Origin: Takakia lepidozioides
Lineage: Eukaryota; Plantae; Bryophyta
Length of the DNA: 64,000 nucleotides
NCBI GenBank assembly: GCA_030704615.1
Contig: CM060733.1
Location: 31,620,001 to 31,684,000 of the forward strand
Direction of reading: 5' to 3'
This document shows, one piece after another, positions 13,601 to 26,697 of this stretch; position 1 is the stretch's first letter, and every line of letters begins with the position of its first letter. The notes under the pieces were generated by a model. That model saw only the letters and a list, made by a program, of their open reading frames with translations. It was not told the origin of the DNA and did no database searches. The position numbers and the translations under genes are program-made.

Positions 13601-16600
13601 AGGCCCTCTTCCGGCTTACAATTTTCCTGCATAGGTTACAAGCCCTTCCCCCCAAGGGACTTGTGGCCAGAGCTCTCGCAACATCTATTAGGCTCAAAAA
13701 TGCAGGTTTCAAACAATCCTGGTATGCTCGCGTCCATACCTTTTTTGAACGCCATGGACTATCTATTGCTTCACTATTGCCAGTGAATCCAGAAGGGGTG
13801 GACATCACATCCAAGCATGACCGCAACAGACTCATTAGAAAGGAGCTCATGGAACTTCATGTCAGCAGAACTTGGAAATTACCCAACCTCACAACAAAGG
13901 TCCATTTCTATGGAGAAACATTCCTGGTTTTCCGAGATGATAGAATCTTGCGGCCCAATTACCTTTTGGCATCTTTATCTCCTTCTCTCCTGAGGGCATT
14001 GGGGCGGTTCAGGGTGGGCTCCCACAACCTATGGATAGAGACTGGCAGATGGGAAAACCTGCAGCGGGAGGACCGCCTATGTCCAGCTTGCACAGGGCGC
14101 AACCAGGAAATTGAAACTGAAGAACACTTCTTCTTCCATTGCCCTCTATACTATGAGATCCGTGGGAGATTCCACTGTCTATTCCGTGGAACCCAATCTC
14201 TCACTGAAGTCTTTCACTATGAAGATCAGAAATTACCTGCACGAGGCACTCACCCTTAGACAATCACTCAAACAATAGTTCTTATCTTTGGCTCTGGTTT
14301 TCTGTTTCCTCTCTCATGTTTTCTTTCCATTTTGTCCCATAAGCTCTATGAGCTGTCCGCGGATATTATAAAGCACCATTTCATTTCATTTCATTTCATT
14401 GTTTTTTTTCCTTTCCTTTCTCCTAAGCTGGATGTCATAAGGTTGCTTTTTGGTCACTTTCTTTCCTTAGACAATCCCTTGAGCAGTAGTTGCTTTTGGG
14501 TTTTTTGGCTCTGATTTTGTTTCCTCTCTCGTCTTCTCCATTTTGTCCCATAAGCTCTTTGAGCTTTCCGCGGACGTTATAAAGTGCCATTTCATTTCAT
14601 TTCATCTCATTTCCTCGAGGTGTGAGCACCAGTAGCAGTTGCAGACTCAAACAACCAACACTAGCTGGGTAGTGGTTACCAGGTATTGAGCTATTCCACA
14701 GGTTTCTGTTGGCATTCACTTGATACTTGCTGTGACTGCAGGTTGATGGATTTCGTTTCGACCTCATGGGACATCTGATGAAACATACGATGGTAAAGCG
14801 ATTTCAGGCACCTTGCAAACTCCTCGTGAAAGTGTCCTGGAAAAATCATGGACTTGGCATGGCTTGGCAACCACCTTAATTCAGTTGAGATTTTGGAAAC
14901 ATATGGTTTCCCTGTGTTATACATGTTATAAGCAAGGGTTGAAAAACTGTACTTCCTCCTTTACTGATTTAACTTGGATTTTTCTCCTAGAGAGATGATG
15001 GGCCTCTTCTAACTTCTTGCAGCTGCATGGTAAAGACGTGCTCAGAAGCTTAACGCTGGAGAACGACGGCATTGATGGCTCCAAAATCTACCTGTAAGCT
15101 CAAAATATGTCAGAAGTTTCTATGCAGGGTATGGACTGCCCAGAATTCTGAGTCGTAGAGATTGGCAGGAGTGACTGCTGAGTCAAAGAGCCATCCTCAG
15201 AGGCTGACAGAGATAGATTTGTTTTCATTTCCCTTGTGTAAGTTCAAAATATGTCAGAAGTTACTATCCATGGTATGGACTGCCCAGAATTCTCAGCATG
15301 GAGATCGGCAGGAGTGACAGCCGAGTCAAAGAGCCAATTCTCCATTAGAGGCTGACAAGATGGATTTGTTTTCATTTCCCTTTTGTAAGTTCAAAATATG
15401 TCAGAAGTTACTATCCATGGTATGACTGCCCAGAATTCTCAGCCATGGAGATCAGCAGGATTGACAGCTGAGTCAAAGAGCCCAATGCAGCATCGCCCTT
15501 TGTCAGTGTGTCCATAGCTGTATCTTCAAACTTAACTTTTGGGCATGAATAACTACTCCCAGATATGTGTAAGAGGTGACCACTTCTTCTCAATGTTGTA
15601 GTGCAACCTCTGACCAGCAGGGCCAAGGTGTTTTGAAGGAAGGTGGGAGATTGAGCCAGCTGGACAACATCATCAGTGACCATCACTGATTGTGTTGGTC
15701 CCCCATCCAAAGATACCTCAATGCCATTTAGTTCTCTGATGTATCCATGTAAAGCTCAGAGTGTAGGGGAAAGAGGCAGCCTTTGCTTCACCCTGATGTT
15801 GCTGTGCACCTGTTCCAAGACTTGCCACTTTGACCTTGCCGATGAGTGACTCCTACATGACTAGAATGGTTGAAAGGAGATCCTCAGGAACTCATATCCG
15901 ATGTAGTCCCTCCAGTAGGCCAGCTTGAGTGAGAAAACTGTCACTAGCAATTGTTTGACTGAAGGCTGGGAATGTATTACTTTTTAAGGGTTTATCCTGC
16001 AGAGTGACTTCTCTGTTGAGCTGAATTGAATTGGTTTTGCAGATATGGTGAGGGGTGGGATTTCGGAGAGATCGCCAACAATGGACGAGGTGTGAATGCA
16101 TCACAGCGCAACTTGGCTGGAACTGGCATTGGCAGGTTCATTTTGGTGCTTTGCCTTGTCACTGGTGATGTTGCTGGCATTTCAGATGGTTGTTGATGTG
16201 CCTCACTACCATGACTCTTAGAAAAAGTTCGGGAAAATGTAGCAGGGAAATACATCAACCCATTCTCTGTTCTTTTGACAATCCAACATGTTTGATTTGC
16301 AGCTTCAATGATAGGATACGGGACACCGCCATAGGCGGGTCTCCATTTGGAGACCCCCTTCAGCAGGGACTCTTAACTGGTCTTTCTCTTCAGGTGCTCT
16401 ATTGGCCCTTTTTGATCACTAGTCTTGTCAGGTCTTTTCCATCACCACTTTTGGTTACAGTGCATTATCTACCGGCAAGCAGTTGCATGGTTTGCAAAAT
16501 CAGTGTGACAAGGCTGTGTGTGATAACATGGATACGCAAGTTTTCCTGACATGTTAATGTTCATGAGATGTTTTAGTGGTGTCTGATTCAGCCCCATGGT

Positions 16601-19600
16601 TGGAGCCAGGTGGCCTAGTTACAGCTGTAGGTCTACATGGATCAAGGATAGTCAAAGAGATTATCACTTTGGGCTGTGCTTACTGTACTGTTGTGGTCAA
16701 AGACCCCGAAATGGAGTGCAAAAATGAGGGGTGTAGTCTTAGAGAGCTTCCATGAAGAGGGGACTTGACTGGAAGTTATGGAGGTGGATGCAGCCAAATG
16801 AATTGTTCCAGGGTAGTGAGGATGCTATGCGCAATGCTCTGGCTGCCACAACTGACTGGGTTCAGGTAAGCCCACAGGTCCCAAGTGGACCTGAGGAAAC
16901 TATTTACCTTGCTTCTGGGCTGGAAAGAGATTCATGTTGGAGGTGTGACAATGAAGCTTTAAGGGTTTAGTCTGTCCAGCCTTGCTTTCTTGTCTCTTTC
17001 TTCCTCTTGTCCAATAGCTCTTTGAGCTTCTAAAGGACCAATTCATTTCTTCTGTCCTCTTTAGTCTGAGAACGGCATTCAGTGTGGAAACTTTAAGTAT
17101 ACATTCACGTACCAAGCTGCGTCAGAAAAATATATTTCAGCTGATAGTTTACTGGATGAAACAGCTAGGGCTGGCTGCCAACCTGAAGGAGTACGTGCTC
17201 ACTAGTCACAAAGGTGAAGAGGTATGCTCCTGTGCTTCGAAAGGCCTTCCTTGATCACGTTCACTGTCGGTTGCTTGTTTCTTTGGCTTGCTTGTGTTGA
17301 GGCTTGAGGGCTATGCTAGATTTTTCAGCTTCCAGCACATGCACAGATGGTTAGGACATTGTGGTATCACTTGTGATTAAGCATCCAAATGGACAGAAAA
17401 TATACGTCTGAACTCATAGGCAGCCAAGGCTACCACAGATGTCCTTGATTTTGCATAGGATTTTGGACTTGGCCTTTGATGCAAGGCAGCCACTTCAGTC
17501 CATGTGGTTTCAGTAGCGAAGGAATAAATTTTGGCAACATATTCATGAATTGGGTGAAGGTGATTGACATTCTTACATGTTGCGGGCTCTTTGTAGACAG
17601 CCTTTCTCAGGTCAGGACCAGCACTGGAGAAGATTCACGGAAAGTTTGTCTTGAACAGTAAGTGATCTGTGGTCAATTGCATGTTTACAGGTGAAAGGAG
17701 TTGAGGTTCTGACACATGATAACGTGCCGGTTGCTTATGCTTCCAGTCCAGAGGAACTGGTATGTGGAAAGTCGGTCCTTCTCTTTCTCCATCTCCAATT
17801 TCTTTCTTGCTTTCCATCTCTAGTGTACACTGTGATCCTGTCAATCAATTGATAATTTCAATGGAGAGATTCAGAGGATGGAGAAGTTGAGCACAGGTTC
17901 ACTGGTATGCGATCAAAATAGTAAACAGGAGAAGAAATAAACTCATCAAGTCACAGGACGCCCGGAAGGCCTGTTGAAGGGCAGTAGGGCCCTGTGGGGC
18001 AGGTGGAGTGGTAATTCTATCTTGGTTGATAACACAATTCAATGTAGTTTTCTAATCCCTCCCACTGCGTGTTACAGGTGAACTATGTCTCTGCTCATGA
18101 CAATGAATCATTGTTTGATATTATCATGCTCAAGGTACCAGCAATACCTGTACCAGCTTTGTCTATGCTGAAACCTCCTCAAAGCCTCCAGCTATCAATT
18201 CAATGTCATGTAAATCGATTGACAAATTCATCATTTTGGATAGGGGTGAGAAAGCTGGCTGTAGCATTTGGGAAAAAATGATGCCCAAACAAGGGCATTT
18301 TCTGTTTAGGCATTCTTGCCAGAGAGGAGAGGTCGTATGATCTTCCTTTGGGTGGAAGGTGAGGTGGCCTTGCCACGACTAATATCAGACATTGGTGTAG
18401 ACGGCAAGTGAAGTCCCATTGGAAGAGCGGTGTCGTATCAACCATGTTGCAACCAGCATTGTGGCACTTGCCCAGGTATGTGTCACTGTCGGTTTCCATG
18501 TCAGATTGAAGAAGACTTTGTATTTTCCTCACCAGAAGTGTCTCTTTCCACTTGCGTTAAGAACACCATGATTTGATTATCATGTCATGTGCAATACATT
18601 CTGCTCACATAGTGGGGCCTAAGACTCCCATGGTTTGTGTATATTGCCAAGTGCTATACTCTGTACCCACATAAGTGATCGAGATTGCCTACTCACTCTG
18701 ACATTGTGGTTGCACTGTCCCAGATGAATATTCTCTAATGGAATTAATACTCAATTGCATATTGGAGCCCAATTTTATCTCACGAGGCAAACTTGAAGCT
18801 GTGGGTTTGCTTGCATTGCAGGGAATCCCCTTTTTCCATGCAGGTGATGATGTGTTGCGGTCCAAGTCACTCGATCGTGATTCTTACAACTCCGGTGACT
18901 GGTTCAACAGGTTTATACATGCACTTTTTCCCCATCTATGTATTTCCTCATCTTCTCAGATTGGGCACTACATATAAACAATCTCTTCAACAAGGTTCTT
19001 ATCTTAGTGCACTTTTTGTCGCATATAGCATGCCGTGCACTCATGCTGGAGGAGGGGGTTGTCAATTGTAGTTTTCTGATTTTCATGCCTGTTTTCAATG
19101 ACACCAGGCTGGATTTCTCTTATGAGTCGAATAATTGGGGCGTGGGTCTACCACCTAAGAGTAAGAATGGCTTCAAGTGGCCTGTGTGAGTTTCTTTCTG
19201 ATTCCCATAGGCCATCTGCGCCTCACACATATGTAACAAAAGTTTTTCTTTCTCGGATAGGCTCCTCTCTTGTTTTTGCTATGGAAGTACTAAATAATTT
19301 CTCTTTCCCCTATGTACGCTTAAGGCTTCCTCAGGGCTGTATGGATGGTATAAAATTTCGTTCATTTCTTTTCTTTCTTTCTTTAATTGTTCATTAATTG
19401 TTATTCTTGGTTTCTGGATTTGTTCCTCTCTCATGTTTTCTTCCATTTTGTCCCATAAGCTGTATGAGCTTTCCGCGGACGTTATAAAGCACCATTTCAT
19501 TTCATTTCATTTCTCTTTTTCCTTTCCATTACTTGTCCTTGCAGAAGCCTTCACACCTGAACGAGGGACTCTCTTGAAGGGATGTTTTGACATTCTTTTG

Positions 19601-21831
19601 GTTCTCTTGTAGTTTTCTGTGTCTTTTATTTCTTTTCTTTCTCTCCCTGTAACATTATAAAGCACCATTTCATTTCATTTCTCCCTGTAACAATAACATT
19701 GTCCCTTAAGCTCTTTTGAGCTTTCCACGGACGTTATAAAGTACCAATTCATTTCTGTAATAAATGAGTACCAGACGACTCATTTGAATGGCAATGACAA
19801 ACACAATAGTCGCAAGAAAACTTGGCTGTCCTCGCTTTCATGAAGAGAGTATTGTGTGTCCGGTTGGTGGCAGCATGCGGAAGTTGCTGGCAAACCCATC
19901 ACTGAGACCCAGTAAAAAGCACATTCTTGCGGCTGTGGAGAATCTACAAGAGCTGTTGCGCATCCGGTTTTCTTCCCCACTATTTCGCTTGAGAACAGCC
20001 AACGCTATTCAGGTGCCACATTACTAGTCTTCTCCTTGTTGAAAGTGATAAAACAGTCAGGCTTTTTCTGTAAGCTAAAGAAGATGAGATAAACACTTGA
20101 GGCACTCTAATTAAGTTGAAAAGCAGTAGCAAGTTCTTAACTGTTTGTTATCAGAGAGGGCAGTCAATTCAGATGTTAAGGTCAAGGTCATAAGTTCATA
20201 AGGTCAAATATGATTGTTTTTGGTGGGTGCCTTATAACTGAACTTGGAACGAAATGCTGCCTGAGTACAGCGTTGGTTAATGTTTCCAAGATACAATTGT
20301 GTCTGTGTTGACATTCTGATCTTGTCCAAATTGTACAAAAATTGGGACCAATTTGGAAATCTAGAACTCAGAACGTCCAGGTGAAAGTTGAACGCTTTTG
20401 GAATTACCACAGCACAGTCATGATTTGAATAGCTTTTTGAAGTATCAGCCTGGAAAGGTCATTAAAAGTGGAAGTCACACCATGAGACGGATATTGCACC
20501 AACAATGTTTTGTCTTTCCAGATTGTGACACGGGTGAGCAAATGACCAGAAATGGCATAACGCCTCATGTAGTGTACTCAAGTTTGTTTGGCTGTACTTC
20601 TTTGTCAACTGGGAGACATTTGCAGGCAAGGCTGAGATTCCACAATACAGGACCTGCAAGTACCCCAGGGGTTATCATCTTCAGCCTTGAAGATGGTGAC
20701 GAAGGGAAGCCTGGTCTCACCCAACTTGATGCCAAGTGAGTCTTCGAACAATCAACACTGAATGGTTTGTTAACATCCAGTCTTTACAGTGAGCTGACGA
20801 TGAAGTGATTGACCATCCTCCCTGAACCTGTATGAATCTTTACCCAGTCCTTTGGGATTACAGCTGTGGGCGAGATGCAAGACCTGCCATAGTACTGGTT
20901 GATTCTCAATGCATCGAGATCATATTGGAAGGAATGATTTAAGAAGCACTGCCATTGTAGCCTACAACACGAGAGACAAATAGGTCCAAGACCTGTGGGA
21001 GCACTCTGTAATCTTTAACAATGAAGAAAGGTAGGGTGCAGTCTCCTCATCTCCCCCATCATTTTTTTCCTCTTTGGCTTGCAGGTTTAGGCGAATTGTA
21101 GTGGTGATCAACGCAAGGCCAACCATGTTTGTGGCAGAAGTGGGAGCCTTGAAGTTTCTCCCTCTTACTTTGCATCCTATTCAGGTAGTCGACGCTTGCC
21201 TTCCATCCTTTGGGTTACATCTTCATCCTACCACTTTTGAGTGAAACAAGAGGGTGATAATACAAAATAAGTGCAATCCATTAACCTTTTGACTGATCAG
21301 GCCTGTAACCTGCCGGTTTCTATCATGATTTTCAAGCATTTGCTACCATAATTTTGTTAGCAAATGGAAGAGTAAACAGTGCATAAATCTAATCTGTTGT
21401 TTTGTCATCTATTTTTGCCTCGTAATTGGTGTCTTGTTAGCTTGTCTCCCACATTCCAACCATGGGCATCAGGATGGCCCCATATTCGTGTGTTATATGG
21501 GTTGTTAGAACCCTGTGGACCCAGCATCGAGTGGTATTTGAGCACAAGGTCATACTTTGACCTTAGAGCTCCGCCTTCTGAACTCATTGGTTCATTTCAA
21601 GCTTGGGCTGAGCTGAAAGTAGTTCAGATTGGTATACAGATGTGTGTTGGAGCTAAGAAGAGTATGATTGCATTCTTGAACGGCATCCACTGATACATAC
21701 TTTTCCTGCCTCCCTGTGCTTTGCAGGCGGATTCAAATGATGAAATTGTCTGGACATCGTCTTTTTATCCAAACACTGGAGCATTTGAGATTCCACCACG
21801 CACTACCACAGTGTTTGTTGAGGCTCGGTGA
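4648..21831 (+). CDS. PU1: Plastid pullulanase / limit dextrinase (GH13), 30 coding exons, with putative transit peptide and CBM41-like N-terminal module
   Basis: Manually spliced GT-AG exons in phase: 4648-5024, 5889-6063, 6825-6932, 7198-7333, 7469-7521, 7944-8052, 8286-8422, 8983-9182, 9773-9922, 10617-10677, 11394-11514, 11707-11797, 12267-12360, 12532-12627, 12729-12869, 14742-14792, 15023-15093, 16043-16135, 16303-16393, 16794-16865, 17165-17221, 17691-17759, 18078-18134, 18401-18475, 18822-18910, 19108-19185, 19874-20012, 20626-20735, 21085-21184, 21727-21831. Motifs: [41 protein letters not shown] (nucleophile), YGEGWDFGE (acid/base), [26 protein letters not shown]. Confidence 0.97.
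9996..10430 (-). mobile_element. 5'-truncated LINE family A copy with (CATTT)n tail, in a pullulanase intron
   Basis: Encodes [33 protein letters not shown]; closely similar to ~13970-14400; (GAAAT)n at 9996-10016. Confidence 0.9.
13090..14612 (+). mobile_element. Stack of three 5'-truncated LINE family A copies (longest ~13340-14400)
   Basis: LINE ORF C-terminus [59 protein letters not shown] (CCHC knuckle). 3' end AAGCTCTATGAGCT..TCCGCGGA..TTATAAAGCACC followed by (ATTTC)n, seen twice. Confidence 0.9.
15094..15483 (+). repeat. Intronic tandem repeat, ~145-bp unit x2.7, each unit starting with the splice donor GTAAG
   Basis: Units begin at 15094, 15238 and 15385 with GTAAGYTCAAAATATGTCAGAAGTT. 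Confidence 0.92.
19395..19755 (+). mobile_element. Cluster of LINE family A 3'-end fragments
   Basis: Three TTATAAAG(C/T)ACCA(T)TTCATTTC ends at ~19480-19510, ~19655-19680 and ~19735-19755. Confidence 0.85.
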
Positions 21832-22557
21832 CCCTTACTCACAAAGTGATGAGCATTCAACCATCTTGCAGTCAACTTGGGTTCAGTCCGCAGAGCCAAT
21901 CTTGGGGCCAATGGTGTATCCCGAAGTACTTCCCCATTGAATTGAAACCACAAATAATATTCATTTAATTGTACCTTAAGAGGTACCTTTCTAACTCCTG
22001 AGTTGTAAGACAGCACAGCACATATTTGAGAAGAGTTTGTGGGTCTGGTCTGTGAATGAATGGTACCTAATTGGACGTTGCTAACACAATCTGACATGTA
22101 TTCTTAGAAGAGACTTTATTGGGGGATAATGTCTACATTCGAAGCAGAAGTATGTTTGGAAGTGCTTACAGATTTTTTTTAAAAAAAGTGTTCTTTGGTG
22201 CATTGATGAGCACAAAGAAATGAAATGAATGAAATGAAATGGTGCTTTATAACGTTTTTAGAAAGAAAGGTATCCGTTGTATATGTGGGAAGCTCAAACT
22301 GTTTATGGACATAAGAAAGTACAAGGATGAGATTGGGCCATCAACAAGCCATCTAGTAGAAGTTTTTTTGCAAGGTAGTGCTGATATAAAACATCATAGA
22401 AAATGGCATTTCACCTTTTGGGCATTCAACCAATTTCTCTCCTCTCTTACACAGACACACATACATCAACGGCATGCAAATGGAAATGCGAACAGTCACA
22501 TTAGTAGCCCATTTTCTCTATTTGTCCCTCACTGGCTCTCAATTCACTTATACCATA

Positions 22558-23089
22558 TGAGAGTAACAAGTTACAATCCCCCTCTAGAATTCTTAAAGTA
22601 CCTGAACTGAACTGGATTAGAGCCACCACTCATAAGCGAGCAAGTCATCCGCCTCCTCCAGGTACATGAGAGCCTGACACTTTAGCCTGTTGCACAAGTA
22701 GTATCAAAGCACCCTTCTCCACCAGAGAGGATATCGCCGCCATACACAAGTTCTTATATCGACTTCTGAACCCACTGCAGTGAGTTTGAGGACTGATAGT
22801 GCTAGCCCATGTTCTCGCACAGTTTCTACCCAAGTATCTAACCCATTCTCACTGGACTACACAAAGTAATTGGCGCTTGTCCCAAACGACGAATCTTGAT
22901 AGAGAGACGACCCGGCTCTCCAACTCTTCAAGCTGTGAGTCAAAGACTTCTGGTTAGGGTTAGAGTAGTTCTGGGACAGTAGTATGTAGGTGTACCTTGG
23001 TGAGAGGTAGGTAGGTACTAGGTACGTATGAGGTCTACGTAGTAGTATAGGGTAGTTAGAGAGGTAGTTAGTGTCCGCTTGCTGCGACA
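22558..23089 (-). mobile_element. Possible solo LTR between pullulanase and rhomboid
   Basis: On the minus strand it begins TGTCGCAG and ends CTCTCA, with an internal TATAAG and CT-rich repeats. No TSD found. Confidence 0.3.
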
Positions 23090-24102
23090 CACTGTCTCTC
23101 TACTCCGTTTTGCTCCTCTGTTTCTTGGAAAAAGGAGCCACAGGTCTGTTTCTCTTCAATGATCCCAGCACTGCAAGTTATAGGACAGGAAGGCTTTTGT
23201 AGTATTGTGTCTGCCTCTCTCTGTCCCTATTCCGATCTCTGCTGTTGTCTCCTAGTTGAAGCTCTGTCTCACACGCTCAATTTCTGTGCTGCCCCCCTTT
23301 TGTTCTATCGAAGATATCAGCTCATTGATAACATGGGCTACCTGAGTGCATCATTTGATTTGTCTCTTACCTCTCTTGATTCTCAAAACTGTCGAGAGAA
23401 ACTGAAAGGGCGAATGGGCTCTTTGATAGAGTGTGGGCTGCTTGAAACCAGCTTCCTCTATCACATTTTCGGATGAGGGGAAGTATCCCAGATTAGCCTC
23501 GACAAGGAGCAGCAACACACTTCAGAGTCCAGTCTTCATCTTTGGCTCTACGTGTCTGTTGTGGTATCTCCCAAAGGGGAAGGGGAACTGCGTGGAGGAG
23601 AGGGGTGAAAGACAGTACACTGTCACTTGCAGCACAAGAACAAAATTTCTTCTCAAGCAGAAATAGCAACCTGGTGAAAGAGACAATCTCCATCCTCCTA
23701 AATCCCAGGTAGACAAAAATCAGAAAATCTGGGCTGAAATGTACTCTCCCGAGTTGGTAGCTCAGTCTTCTTCTCTCTCACACACATGCACATGTATACA
23801 CCATGGAACTTAACTGAGCACAAATAGCCCCTACAGATAGAGCCAGCCAGGTATTGTGAGATCTAGCCTTTGTGAAGAAGAAATTTCTTATATCCACACT
23901 GGAGAGAGACAGACAGGAGGAAACTTTACAGTGCTCATCCCCGACAAATCAAAGAGCTTTATTCGAACATAAAGCATAACCAACAAGAGATCAGAGAGGG
24001 GGCCCCAGAAAGAACCAGTCAAGGCAGAAAACAGCTTAAAAAATGTCATTAGGGCAACCATCTCTGCCGCTGGCAGACAGCTACAGGAGGATTTCACCAT
24101 CA

Positions 24103-26697
24103 ATGAGCACCCCATCAACAGAGCCAAGCTCAGATCCATACAGGGAAAGGAGGAGAGAACAGAGATTGCAAAGTTCAAAGAACTCAAGTCTGTGTGGATC
24201 TGGTGAAATTCCTATGGCACTCACTATGATGAATGGCTTATATGGTAGCCCTGTGCGCAGTTTGGTTGGGCTCCCCAGTTACGGTAGCCCTGTGCGCAGC
24301 TTGGTTGGGCCCCCCAGTTACGGTAGCCCAGTACGCACCTCTGTTGGACATCCAAATTATTTGGCAGGGGGAAGCTTTGATCTATCAACTCCCTTACCCC
24401 ATCCAGGTCAGTTTGGATATCCAAGTTACTGGACAACTGGCTTGATGAAGTGCACTTGCTTGGCTGTGTCAGAAATTTAACGTAAGCAGTCTCCCTTGCT
24501 GAATACAGCTACATAGGCAAATGGGATCACACAGTCATCTACCTACTCTGGCTTTCAGTATTCTGATGTTGTCCTTTGTCCCATTACTGGCTCGTTGGTC
24601 TGCAAACAACGTCTTATGAGTACATTCTATTGTCCTTGTCCCATTAGCGCTTTGCACTTCAAGTGGACATTGTAGAGTTCCTTTGTCTTCTCTTTCTCCT
24701 CCATATCATCATGCATTTTCCAGGACTCAGAGCGGTTTGTGTCCACATGGTTACACTGGAAAGAAATGAAAGAACTTTCTAATGACTGTTGGGGGAAGAG
24801 TGGCATGTAAAGGAGGCATAATGCACTGCTTTATCATCGATAATCAGCCTCTGACAGTGAATTCTGCCTAAAAGTATGAACCAATTTTGATCAAAGGGCC
24901 ATGGTACTTTAGGTACATACACAATCCCTCCACCATATACAGTGACAGCAAACCGGTACTTCGGCAGAGACTCGGAGGACCGCCGGCACACGCCATGGCT
25001 AACTCCAGTGTTGGCAGTTGCTCACACCGTCCTTTTCATCTTGACAATGCAGCGCAACAATTGCCCCAAGCACATTCGCCCGGGGGAAAAATGCAGTATG
25101 ATGTACTTGAAAAACTTTTCTTTCCAGCCATTGAGTGAGAATCCCTTGCTCGGCCCCTCGGCATTGACTTTGCTTGACTTGGGAGCGCTTGAGTCTGAGT
25201 TAGTCACGAAAGCGGGAGAGGGTTGGCGGTTGGTTACATCCATGTGGCTGCATGCTGGAGTCTGCCACATTGTGGGTAATCTTCTGGGGCTTCTCGTTAT
25301 TGGGATCCGGCTGGAGCAAGAGATCGGCTATCTGAAGGTGTGAGACTATCTCCACACAGCACTGTACTCCAGTCTGATGACACGATGCATTGCATTATGC
25401 TACTGTGTGTCGTCAGGATTGTCTGATTTCTCTCTCTTCTCTGTATGCGTGCAAGTAACGTGTTGGTACTTGCTGAATGGGAAACAATGGGATTCCATTG
25501 AAAAAATCAAGTTTAGGAGAGCGGGAATGGGGATGGTAGAAAGGCTCGACCTGTAAATACAGTTCATTTTGTTCTTCCAGTTGACACAGTGACGAACTCT
25601 TGTCACCCAGGTCCCTGGTTGATGGGGAATTGCAAGTTTAGATCAGTTCTACTCTGATACAACGAATTTGCTGAAGGTTTCCCATTGCTTACTTGTCATG
25701 CTACAGGTTGGGCTGATATATGTTATGACCGGCTTCGCGGGCAGCATTGTGTCAGCCATCTTTCTCCATGGGCGCATCTCCGTAGGAGCATCAGGAGCTC
25801 TCATGGGGTTGCTGGGTGCTACTCTCTCAGGAGTTATCGTGAACTGGAACACATATCGACACCGAACCAGATCACTGGCAGCCGTAGTCATCTTTGTATC
25901 CAGTAACTTGGCGTTCGGACTGATGCCGCTGGTAGACAATTTCATGCACATCGGTGGAGCCCTTGCTGGATTTTTTCTTGGAGGTGTGCTCTTCATCCGG
26001 CCCCAATTGGGTTGGCTCACCAGGAAATGCTGTCCAGCAGTGATATACGATGTCGACGACATGCCCTCAAAATCAAAGCATACAGTGTACCATAACATAC
26101 TGTGGATCCTCTCTCTCAACCTTCTGATTGCTGGCTATGTCGCTGGAGTACTCGCCCTTTTCACAGGTATTCACTAACGTCTAACTGACACCACTCAACC
26201 CAACAGGAAATATAATCCATCTGTCTCTGATTTATTCCTCCCAGCTCACTATCAATGAGAGGAAAGGGACAAACTCCAAGCTCATACTCTGTAGGTGACA
26301 AAGCCCTTCTCTCTCTCTCACTCTCAACAACGGCTTGTGAGTACATTCTCTCAACTTTTGATTCTTTCCTTGTCCTCTCCCTCTGTATAGACATGTCCCG
26401 TAGGGCCTCTCTGAATGTCTTTCTAACCTTGTTTGTCTTAGTGTACTGAGACAAGCTGTGGAAAATGTAGGCATGAGGTTGGAGACGCAGTGCACCTGGT
26501 GCCATTACATGACATGTGTGCCAACCCACTTGTGGAAGTGCTCTGGCAACCGGGACATCACTTGCAAACACACATCATACCTTGGCCACTTGCGTGTGAC
26601 TTGCCCAGACCAGCGAATCCAAGACTGGCCTTCAGTCACCCAGTATGATCCAGATGATAGCAAAGTGCGTAGGCTTTGCATCAAAAGCTGTATTTGA
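24103..26697 (+). CDS. RBL: Rhomboid-like intramembrane serine protease (plant RBL1/RBL2 type), 4 exons
   Basis: Exons ~24103-24406, 24913-25337, 25707-26166, 26471-26697 in phase with GT-AG. Motifs: NNCP, FSFQPLSENPLLGPS, EGWRLVTSMWLHAG, catalytic GASG and NFMHIGG, C-terminal CTWCHYMTCVPT. Start codon uncertain. Confidence 0.93.
24241..24357 (+). repeat. 39-bp coding tandem repeat x3 (YGSPVRSLVGxPS) in the rhomboid N-terminus
   Basis: TAYGGTAGCCCWGT.CGCA at 24241, 24280 and 24319. Confidence 0.9.

Noticed and set aside
13123-14259. 378-aa ORF as a nested gene
   Set aside because: Chance read-through across two stacked LINE fragments inside a pullulanase intron; non-ATG start.
24415-24480. 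PLAC8-like start (YWTTGLMKC)
   Set aside because: Lies past the GT donor at 24407; the upstream exon splices in phase to the rhomboid exons and no other PLAC8 motifs follow.
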